NCBI GenBank assembly: GCA_019828565.1
Contig: JAHDYR010000003.1
Location: forward strand, 557,409-621,408
Origin: Carpediemonas membranifera BICM
Taxonomy: Eukaryota; Protista; Fornicata
Length of the DNA stretch: 64,000 nucleotides
Direction: 5' to 3'
Below the pieces are notes generated by a model. It saw only the letters and a list, made by a program, of their open reading frames with translations, ran no database searches and was not told the DNA's origin. Below are positions 40,634 to 50,096 of the stretch, piece by piece. A program made the position numbers and the translations under genes. The number at the start of each line of letters is the position of its first letter. Position 1 is the first letter of the stretch.

Positions 40634-42690
40634 TGAACGGCCTCTTGAGCTATGTATCAGGGAGGGACAACAACAAAAAGATGAGGGAATACAAGGCTAA
40701 GGATGTCCTGCCCTTTCTCACCGTTTTCCAGCCCGGCAAGTCGGTAGTCTTCGACGGGAACTCGATTCTCCACTTCCTGTACCGCAAGATCAACTATGGA
40801 CATCTCGGAGGTGATCTATCTGGCTTTCGGCGCCTCACTGGCCAGTTCTTCAAGCTTTTTCTTGATCTTGGATGCCAAGTGACCATCTTCTTCGACGGCT
40901 GCGACTACGGCCACGAGATCAAGGCCGCAACCGCCCATGACCGGGCCAACTCCCGCCTCAACCGCGTCTCGACGCTGTTCGCCAGCCTCCCGACGACGAT
41001 GACGGACCCGATGAACCCCAACATCCCCGTCCTGCACCCCCTGACCCGGGCGGCGTTCATGCAGGTGCTGTACATCCTGAGGGACACGTACAGGGCAGAC
41101 AGGCTGCGGATCATGGTGTGTGACACGGAGGCAGACTCCTTTGTGATGAAGTATGCCATCGCCCGGGGGTTCGGGCCCGTGGACCCCCAGAGAAAGGACC
41201 GCTTCAACGACGCGGTGGTCGTGACGAACGACAGCGACGCCCTGCTGTACACACGTGTGCCGATGGTCGTGGTCTGCTCGGCCATGCACATCGGGTCGGC
41301 CTCGGACTTCGAACAGGGCAACTTCGACATTGCGGGGGGGAGCGTGACTGTGCTCAGACCAGAGCAGATCGCCCGCACTCTCGGCCTGCCCGACCGCATG
41401 CTGCAGGTCCTGGCTGTTCTTGTGGGGAACGACTACATCAGCACCGACCTCAAGGACATGAGAGCCTTCCACAAGAGGATAACTACGCAGGCAGACCTCG
41501 ACAACCGGACCTCCATGGTGGAGATCGTCAGACGGTCGTGTCTCGCGATGGGCGGTACGCTCAACGGGTCGATGCCACCAGGGCTACGGGACTCCAACCC
41601 CGAGACCAGAAAGCAGGCCTGCCTCGTCGCCCTCGCCAAGATCCTGAGGGCCGCCAACGCCAAGGACGCGCCGGACGTGCCCAAGATCAGGGACATCGAC
41701 GGGCTCGCCCACAAGATGCTGCTCGCGCTCAAGGGGTACAACCTGCCGGACATCCCGGCCGAGGCGTCCCACGAGTGGTTTATCGGTAACCACTTCCGGA
41801 CACCGCTCATGGACGTCCTGGGTGATGAGGCGACTGTTGGCCGAGTCATTCTGGCGTACCGCGTGGGGTATTTCCCCGCCCTCGTCCTGGATACGCTCCT
41901 GGGCGTGACGGTCGGTCCCTACATCCCGATCCACGACCCGGCCGGGCCCGCTGCTGACAGTGCCAGAGTCCAGCTGCTGGTTACGATGGCCTCGTACCTG
42001 CGGGGTGAGGGCAAAACGCTGGAGATTATGCGAGTGACCCATGACGCGGCCGAGGAGACCGAGACTGACACGGAGGAGGGTGGAAAGGCCCGCATCGTGG
42101 CGGAACACTTTACTACGGCAGCAACCCACCCCTTCCTGGGCAGACAGGACGGCGCTGTTGTTGTTGAGCAAAGGCCGGTGCCGGTGTGGACTGCCGACAT
42201 GCTCTCGTTCTCAGCAGACACCTCCCTGGAGCATTTTAAGGCCATGGTGTCCGCGGGTGCAGACCTGGATGACGAGGCGTCGCTGCTGTTCGCGGTCTCT
42301 CTCCGCTACTGGACCCTCGTGAGTGAGGCCCCAGAGATGGGCATCCCTAGTGAACACAAGGCGACCGCGGCGGTTGTCGAGGCGCTCCTCTACCTGCACC
42401 TGTTGCCCCAGGACGGTGTCGACACCGCCCTGCTCGGCCAGGCCATGTCCGCTGAGTCGGAGACGTCGGTACAGGCCGTGATCGCGCAGCTCGCCGCGTT
42501 CAACGGCATCTGCAGCATCGTATCCGATCTTTACTGCGCTGTGGGCTGTCCCCTCGGCTGGCTGCCGATGCAGGTGCCGGACACCACCGCTGTGATCGCC
42601 CTGGCCGTCGGTGGGGCTGATTCCCTCGGGACCATGCAGGCCGGGGCCGACGAGGAGGCCGCGGTGCTGCGGAACTTCGTCATGGGATGA
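40627..42690 (+). CDS. Asteroid/ASTE1-like XPG/FEN1 PIN-domain nuclease
   Basis: MGVNGLLSYV, VFDGNS, GGDL, FFDG, EAD, TNDSD, LVGNDY. Confidence 0.88.
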   Translation: MGVNGLLSYVSGRDNNKKMREYKAKDVLPFLTVFQPGKSVVFDGNSILHFLYRKINYGHLGGDLSGFRRLTGQFFKLFLDLGCQVTIFFDGCDYGHEIKAATAHDRANSRLNRVSTLFASLPTTMTDPMNPNIPVLHPLTRAAFMQVLYILRDTYRADRLRIMVCDTEADSFVMKYAIARGFGPVDPQRKDRFNDAVVVTNDSDALLYTRVPMVVVCSAMHIGSASDFEQGNFDIAGGSVTVLRPEQIARTLGLPDRMLQVLAVLVGNDYISTDLKDMRAFHKRITTQADLDNRTSMVEIVRRSCLAMGGTLNGSMPPGLRDSNPETRKQACLVALAKILRAANAKDAPDVPKIRDIDGLAHKMLLALKGYNLPDIPAEASHEWFIGNHFRTPLMDVLGDEATVGRVILAYRVGYFPALVLDTLLGVTVGPYIPIHDPAGPAADSARVQLLVTMASYLRGEGKTLEIMRVTHDAAEETETDTEEGGKARIVAEHFTTAATHPFLGRQDGAVVVEQRPVPVWTADMLSFSADTSLEHFKAMVSAGADLDDEASLLFAVSLRYWTLVSEAPEMGIPSEHKATAAVVEALLYLHLLPQDGVDTALLGQAMSAESETSVQAVIAQLAAFNGICSIVSDLYCAVGCPLGWLPMQVPDTTAVIALAVGGADSLGTMQAGADEEAAVLRNFVMG

Positions 42691-42777
42691 GCGAAGGCCG
42701 TGTGGCTCGTATAAGCGGTAAATGTCGGTTAAAGTCGTAAATTAGAGGAACATGGGGGTGTACTGCTGCCAGTTGAT

Positions 42778-43596
42778 CGGCGGGTAGACAGGTTGCCCAG
42801 TTTGGGGGGCTGGCGGCCACCCTGCGATTCCCCGTGGACCTTGAAGAGGAGGAGGTCGAGGCGGAGGACGACGCCCCAGCCGACGGGGCCGAGTCGGACT
42901 GGGCCACGGGCGACGAGCTGCCGTACTGACGGCCTGGTGTAAATTATGCGGCATTGGCGGCGATTGCTGTGGAGTCAGCTGGCTCTGGTAACAGTTCCGT
43001 GACCACCGGACTCAAGCTGACATGGCCTTATCCTGCGAAATAGCACTTCGTCCTTATGCATGGCTGGGGGCCGTACCGACCCTTTGGCTCCGTCTCGCGA
43101 CCGCATTCGTCTCCAAGAGATGCGATCAGTCCTCAAATCTCATCGAGCAGCCACTCCACACCCGCTACGTCTCTCCCGCGCACAAGCAGCGGCCGCATCC
43201 TCTGGAGCGTGGATACGAAGGGCACAAACGGGCTGCTAGACTTGGATGATCGTGTTGAGCAGCGCTTGCCAGCGTCCTCCTTCAGCACGTCGTCGAACGC
43301 ATCGCGCTCAGTCACTCGCTCAAGCCCGCCGCGTGAGGTGGCGTACAGCGAACCGAGGCCCGTCCTCTCGCCGCAGCAGACGCCGCGGATACTCCGCCAG
43401 CGTACTCCTTCACCGCAGACTCGCTCGGCCGCCAGCCAGACAGCCGCGCTCGACCTCAGCAGCACCGCCACTCAGACGAGCCGCGCGGCGACAGACTCGG
43501 CAGAGGTTGCCACGCTGAAGGAAGAGGACATCGCCATGGCCGCACGAGAGGCGGCCCTGATCCGCCGAGCCCGCGATCTCTGCGCGTGAGGGAGAC
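42778..43596 (+). repeat. Direct segmental duplication, copy 2: orphan last ~50 codons of Pelota plus the 177-aa ORF
   Basis: Matches 9446-10264. Confidence 0.95.
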
Positions 43597-43740
43597 GGCT
43601 GTAATTGCTGCACATATCATATATTAGATTGGCTTGCTATACGGTTTTCTGGGCAGATTCCATGCGTGCTTGACCTTGATCCTGTCGAGTCGAGTGAGTC
43701 GGATCGCATTTTAACCGACGACATCCGTCCGACGAGAAAA

Positions 43741-43950
43741 ATGAGCGCGCAACAAGCTGGAAACCTTCTTAAGCAACAGCTCACACAAAATGAACGCCTA
43801 AAGCTTCAATGCGAAGCGTCAAAGCGTATTATGAAAGTGAGCGAGGCCGCTGAGGTATTCATCACGTATATAACCGGCAAGGAGGATCCTCTTCTCACAC
43901 CCGGCGATTCTTCGAACCCATATGGGCCAAAGGGTGGTTGTTTCTGCTGA
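43741..43950 (+). CDS. Heterotrimeric G-protein gamma subunit
   Basis: 69 aa: coiled coil, MKVSEAA, DPLL, NPY, C-terminal GGCFC. Confidence 0.85.
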   Translation: MSAQQAGNLLKQQLTQNERLKLQCEASKRIMKVSEAAEVFITYITGKEDPLLTPGDSSNPYGPKGGCFC

Positions 43951-44378
43951 TGATCAACAGAAGACGCCCAAGTCTGTGAGTGAGGTGGTTGATCAGTGGT
44001 TTCCCTGGGTGACGTTTCTGCTGGCGATAGCATGTATACCTCCCATATGAACATAAATTGCATCGACGATCATGCGGTTACTGAGCGCATAGCTAACTCT
44101 CCTGAGGTCAGTGATGACGCCGGGTCGCATGCGCCGGGTAAGACGTATAACGTACAGCAACGGCCGGCTCCTCCGACTGTGCCTCGCTTCTCCCGGTTTC
44201 ATGTCATCAACCACCACGCTCGAGCTCCCTTGCACGTGCGTACCGTTTGACCGCTGTGGCACCAGCGGGTACAACAACAGCCCCGCAACGTCGTTGCCTC
44301 GCCGCATTCAAGGCAGGCATCTCAGCGAGGCCTGTTGAGTTTGACGAGTTCATTTTCGGGATCCGGCGTTCCGGAACA

Positions 44379-44933
44379 ATGTCAGCTCGCCCTGGGGCCT
44401 TGTACCACGATCCGGCGTGCAAGAGCGCAGAATTCCGTATTGGAGGCAGCTGCCGCCTTCGATGCACCAAATGTCACAAGCAGTTTGTTTGCGCGCTGGA
44501 TCGGCCGTGCAGCTGCGCCTCCCTCAAGAGCAAGACCATCCTCGACGTGCAAATCATACTCCTGTCCAGCAAGCAGGCGCGGGAGATATTCTGTGACTCT
44601 TGCTTCAGCCCAAGCCGACAAGGATACCTTTCCTGTCGGGAATGCTGCACCATGCGGCAGTGTCGGCAGCGTACGCCGCGCCGTCTGCCCGCCATCACAC
44701 CACAGACACACACTGGGTCGTTTGGCTTCCACAAAGGGTCACGGACGCCTGCCCTGGTGGACATGCCGACCGAGGCCCCGACTCCCGTTGCTGTGGCCCC
44801 CCGCACTCTGACCCGTGACACCGAGGGTGACCCCATCTCTGATGAAAGTGTTTCTAGCGGTGGGAAGGATGAGCGTGGGTGTGTTCCTAAAGCCCTGCTT
44901 GCCAGCCTGACGCCAAAAATCTTGCCGGGGTGA
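44379..44933 (+). CDS. Hypothetical Cys-rich (possible zinc-binding) protein; 5' end uncertain
   Basis: CTKC, CSC, CDSC, CRECC, C..C clusters; frame open from 44247. Confidence 0.5.
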   Translation: MSARPGALYHDPACKSAEFRIGGSCRLRCTKCHKQFVCALDRPCSCASLKSKTILDVQIILLSSKQAREIFCDSCFSPSRQGYLSCRECCTMRQCRQRTPRRLPAITPQTHTGSFGFHKGSRTPALVDMPTEAPTPVAVAPRTLTRDTEGDPISDESVSSGGKDERGCVPKALLASLTPKILPG

Positions 44934-45541
44934 TTTGTAGTTTGTAGTTCGACCAGTTATTGAGAGCAACATGACTAAAACGCGCACATAAACGGTCAGC
45001 CTGTGATATGTCCTTGATGAACAGGTGGTTTGATGCGTCAGTGCCTGTGCGGCGGTGGTAGCCCGATCGTAGGATCCGATGAGATCGGGCAGTGTCAGAC
45101 GCAGTCTTCGGCATTTGGCAGGGCGATCGAAGAGTTCAAATGTGGCCACCGGTCACATCTCCATGCGCCCAATTTAGACACGAGGCTGACCCGGCACCCG
45201 AGATACTGGCGGACGTCATGCTATCATCTGCGATGGGTCTGACCATCTTAATAAATCCTCCTCTTTTTGCCACACTCCAATTCGATCGTCGTCAAGACCA
45301 CTCACGCGACCATAACTGGGGGTGCTTTACGGTATCACGGCCAACTGGGTCGACTCGAACCCTTTCGTCAAAGCATGTCAAGGTCGAGGGCTTGTTGTGC
45401 TGCATTTTTTCATCCCGACGGCGAACCCATGCGGGCCTACCCTTCAGAACCTGGCCGGCGGAAAGTGTCAACTGAGCTGATGCCAACAAACACTCTCTGC
45501 TACTACGCGCTTACAATCCAAGAGGGCCTCATGAACTGAGT

Positions 45542-48500
45542 TTACTGTTTCTCAACCATCTCCATGACGGCCTTGCCCTGGGCCTTGAAGCGGGGCAGGG
45601 GCCGGCTCATCATGCCGGTCGCCCACTCCTTCACAGCCTGCACATCGCCGCCGACGGCAATGTACTCCGCGAACGTGTCCTCGATGGCCGTGTCGGGGGT
45701 CTGGAACTCCTGGTGGACCCTCGCCACCTCGGCTGCAGTCAGGTCGACCTCGCCGCACAGTGCCTTGAGCTTCTTGAGGGCCTCCGCGGGGGTGGGGTTG
45801 GGGGCCATCTTGCGGCGCTTGATGGTGAAGAGGGCAGCCATCGCAGTCTGGCTCCGGGCAGGGTTCGCGGTGGGCAGGTCGCCGAGGTTCTTGTCGCCAC
45901 GGGCGATGGCTGAGGCAAGACGAGAGGCCGAGATCTGGGCGAAGAGGCCGGGCGCCTTGGCGTCAATCGTTTCGGCGAGCTGGGCCTCGTTGACGTGGGT
46001 GAACTCGCGGAGGTTGACGGCAGTGAGCCAGTTGGCGGTGTCCTCGAGGTTGACCTCGTCTTCGTCCTCCTCGTCGACCACCGTCTTGGCAAGGACGCCG
46101 GCGATGAAGGCAAGTGCGTTGGGCGTGTTCGCGCGGATCAGCTCGATGAAGATGGTTGCCTTGAGCTTGAGTGTGCGGTATGCGAACTCGGCCAGGGCCT
46201 GGGCGATCTCCTGGTTCTTCACGGACCCGGCCTCGACCAGCTTAGCCAGGGCCTTGGCGACGTGCTCACACAGATCGTCGTCCCCAGCCTCGACGTGCTT
46301 GAGGCTGATCATCTCCCGGACGTACCGGAAGAACACGGTGAGCTTACCCTCCTTGGTCCGCCCCACCTGGTCCAGCACGGCCCGCACCATGCGGTTGTGG
46401 GCGTGCACCATGGCCGCGTCGAAGTCCTCGAGCTCGGCCTCGTCGACGGTATGCTCGACGTAGCCCATGATGTCGTCGAGCGAGGTGCTCTCGTTGAGCC
46501 AACCAACAGCGCCATCGTCAATCGTCGCGTTGAGGTCCGCGTAGAGATCTTCCTGGGAGTCCATCAGGGCCCCGAACAGACTCGCCTTGGGACCCAGGCC
46601 GCGGCGTGCGTTGACAGATGACTGGGTTGCGGGGGTGGTCCGGTTCGAGCCCTTGGAGTGGGACCGCGACGGGGTCCACATGCCAGTGTCGGCGGTCGCC
46701 GTGCGTGTGCTGGCCCTGCTGAGGGAGGACCGGGCCGAGGCCCTGGACCGGGACCTGGCCTGGGACAGCCGGTCCCTCTGGATCGACTCCCGCTCCTGCT
46801 TCGCCTCCTGCTTCGAGAGGGCCTTGGTTGCCTGGAGGGCGGCCCAGTTGCCGTCTCTGATGGTGAAGAGATCCTGGATGAGGTAGCGGGCTCTCACGGG
46901 GCGGTGGGCCTCCTTCTCCCACTCCTTGCACGTGTCGACGAGGGTCTGCATGTCGACCCACATGTCCTGCCACTTCTTCTCCCTCTCGGCGTTGTTACGG
47001 ACGACCGCAGAGTACTTGGCGACCTTCTCGGCCACCTGACGCGCGTTACACTCCTTGCCGTGGAAGAAACGCTCAGAGACGACCTTGAGCTGCCTCTTGA
47101 GCTCATCCGACGCCCCCTCGCTGCGGCGCTTGCCCTTGCTGTCCTGGTTCTTGAGGGCCTCCTCGTCGGCCTTCCGGGTGAGGGCGTTCAGCTTCTCCCC
47201 CTCCTTCTTGAGCTGGGTCAGCGTGTGCGAGTCACGCTCATCGGCGATCCGCATCTGGTCGAGCGTGGGCCCGACAGCCTTGATGAGGTCGACCAGGCAC
47301 TCGATCTTGGGCGTGTCGAGCTGCTCCACGACGAAATCATCCGCCTTAAAGTGCGCCATGAGGCTCGAGAAGCAGGACTGGAAGAGGACCTGTTTGCTGA
47401 TGATCTCAGCCTTGGACTGGACGAAGAGCTCGCCGATGAAGAGCACGTTGTTGCGGACATGATCGGCCCGCTTGGCGTGGAAGTCCGCGCGCTCCTCGTC
47501 GGTCTCGCAGGCGGCGAGCCTCTGCTCCTCCTCCTCGGTCAGCTCGGACATCTGCTGGAACTCCTTCTGGACGAGCTCGACGATGGCCCTCTTGGTCCAG
47601 CGCTTGACCCGTGCCGGGCTGATCGGGACCACGGGTCTCTTGCTGCCGACGAGGTCCGCGGCGCTCTTAGGGGCGCCCTCGGCCGAGCCCTCGGGGGCGT
47701 GATGGCGTGGGCGAAGACGTCCTTGTGGTAGAGCATCACGATCGTCTCGGCGTACAGCGGGGCGAAGGGCGGCTGGCGGCAGGCCATCTCGAAGATGTCC
47801 TCGATGATCTGCTTGTAGTACACCTCCTTGCCGTAGTGGGTCTCCTTGTTGCCCGCCTTGTCAGTTTCCTCGGTCACCTCGCCGTCAGGGATGCGCTCGA
47901 ACTTGTCGACGCCGCCCTCCTTGCCGGTGATGCGGGCGATGAGCTCCTGCTGGATCTTCTCCTTGTTGTCCTTCACCATCTTGTTCATGATGACCTTGCA
48001 ATCGACTGTGAGCTTCTTGCCGGGCTCGCCGTTGTCGGGCTTGTCGCCGAACACGCTCTTGTATGGGACGACCTTGGCTGGTGTCCGGGGTGCCTTCTTC
48101 GAGTGATCCCGCTCCCTGCGCTCCTTCCTACCCTTGCCCTTGGGACCCTTAGCGCCTCCCTTGCCCTTGGGGGCACGTATCAGGCCCCTGATGAACTTGG
48201 CGAGATTCTCGGGAAGAGGGTTCTCATCAGAGGCGCGGGGCATCGACTCACCGATCTCGAGCAGCTTCTCGATGCTGATGGTGATCTTGGCGCCGTCGGC
48301 CTTGACCTCCTCCGGTGGCACCTCCCGCTTGATCTTGGGAGTGTAGACCTTGGGGGCCTCCTGCACGGGTTCGGGCTTGGCAGGCTCGTCCTTGACGGTT
48401 TCTTCCTTGACGGGTTCTTCCTCCTTGGGCTTGTGTTCGTCAACAATCTCCTTGACGGGTTCAGGCTTGGGTTCCACGACAGGATCGGGCAACGTCTCGA

Positions 48501-48741
48501 CCGTGGGCTCAACAGGGGCCGGCTGGGGCTTGTACTCCTTCTTGATAGCAGTGAAAAGCACCTTTCCCGTGGATGCGGGCGGCGGTGCGGTCGTCACGGT
48601 GCCCTGGGGAGTAGCTGGAGGCTTAGCAGCTGAGTTTTGGACCAGAACCGGACCCTTTGTGGCTGAAACCGTGAAAAGGGTCTTGCCAGGCTGAAATGGC
48701 GCAGAGTTCTGCGATGTATTGTTCCAAGGGCCCTCAGACAT
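45542..48741 (-). CDS. EIF4G: eIF4G-like protein (MIF4G domain), frame break near 47695
   Basis: KVIMNKM, IFEMAC.QP.FAPLYA in the upstream ORF; NVLFIGELF, IECLVDLIKAVG, RARYLIQDL..R...W in the downstream ORF. Confidence 0.85.
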
Positions 48742-48829
48742 GTGTCTACGGATCGATAGGATTGCTGGAATTGTCAGATTAGGTCCATGGTACGGTGCCA
48801 CCATGCTCATCTCCATGCCCATTTTACAG

Positions 48830-49900
48830 TTACCCTTGTTTGACGAGCTCGTCGCACAGGTCCCGGAACCCCGCGGCGCCCTCGACCGAAGACCACTCCG
48901 CGGGTATTGCGCCACCAGCAGCAGCGCATAGCACGCCTGCTATGGATGCGATGGAGTCTGAGTCGCCTGGTGTGTTCACACCACCGATAACGGCTGCTTC
49001 GGTGTCGGTGCCGTGCCTGGCCAACAGGAACGCGGCGGCAGCAATCGCCTCATGCCCAGCCCATCCTCTGAGCTGGCCGGGGAATGATGGCGAGTCCCTC
49101 GTCCCGAGGACGTCCCCCTGCGCCACGATTGGGTCGACCCCCATCGCAGCGGCAGACTCAATCATCGCCGCGGTCTCGTGGTCGTACGCCTCAGCGGCCT
49201 GGACCATCGCTGTGACCATAGCGGGGCAGTCCTTGCCGTGGATCCCGGCCAGCACACCGGCGACAAAGGCCGCGGTCGCCGCAGAAGACAATGCCGCGCC
49301 GTGGGTGATCATACCATGCTCCGCTGCCGCCCTGACCGCGAACTCGGGCTGGTCCGCGTACACGAGGGCGAAGGGGTAGGCCCGCATGACGGCCCCGCAC
49401 CCCCCAGCCCCGGGCGCCCCCGCCTTCCACCAGGCCGGGTCGGGTCGGGCTGGTAGGTTAGCCCTGAGACTGTATGAGGCGGCGAGACAGGCGTTACCGG
49501 GGGCGCGGTCCATGGTGGTCGGGTCCTGAAGCCAGGTTGTCGCAAACTGCCCGGCAATGCGGGTACAGAGCGCGTTGATGCTCTCTCCATGCTTGCGGGC
49601 ATGAATGAGGGCCCGCAGCACAATGAGGCTCATCTGCGTGTCATCGGTGTAGGGTGGCGGGACTCCGTTGAGATGGTCCTCGACCTGACGAAAGCTGCGG
49701 AGGCCACCTGGCCACCGCCGCTCTATCTTATCCGTTGTTGAAATGAACTCAGTCCATTTTCCAAGAGCATCACCGCTTGCACCGGCAAGGAGAATGTTTG
49801 TGTACAGCCGGGCCAGCTTGGAGCCGAAATGGCGCTCCAACGAACCGGAGAATGTCGGAGTTTGTTCTAATTCATCATTGCTTTCATCTTTAAGAGCCAT
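48830..49900 (-). CDS. ADP-ribosylglycohydrolase (DraG/ARH family)
   Basis: GASGDALG...EF, YTDDTQM, GCGAVMR, ITH, GDSDSIASIAG. Confidence 0.92.
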   Translation of the reverse strand: MALKDESNDELEQTPTFSGSLERHFGSKLARLYTNILLAGASGDALGKWTEFISTTDKIERRWPGGLRSFRQVEDHLNGVPPPYTDDTQMSLIVLRALIHARKHGESINALCTRIAGQFATTWLQDPTTMDRAPGNACLAASYSLRANLPARPDPAWWKAGAPGAGGCGAVMRAYPFALVYADQPEFAVRAAAEHGMITHGAALSSAATAAFVAGVLAGIHGKDCPAMVTAMVQAAEAYDHETAAMIESAAAMGVDPIVAQGDVLGTRDSPSFPGQLRGWAGHEAIAAAAFLLARHGTDTEAAVIGGVNTPGDSDSIASIAGVLCAAAGGAIPAEWSSVEGAAGFRDLCDELVKQG

Positions 49901-49982
49901 ATCGGACGTACGCTGTGTCGTCGTTCTTGTCATAAACTGCGATGTACAGCTCGAATCCTGCTTTCTGACATTTCTACGCCGG

Positions 49983-50010
49983 AATGACGGTAATGACGGT
50001 AATGACGGTA
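49983..50010 (+). repeat. (AATGACGGT)x3 minisatellite
   Basis: Read directly. Confidence 0.9.
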
Positions 50011-50096
50011 GACCTGACATCACCAGGCACTGCCACTCCTCTTTCGACATTGCCTCAGCCCAACCCAGCCCAAACAGTTTAACTTTACTCCAATTC

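Noticed and set aside
44236-44265. 30-nt intron linking upstream ORFs to the Cys-rich ORF
   Set aside because: Removing it does not put any upstream ATG into the Cys-rich frame.
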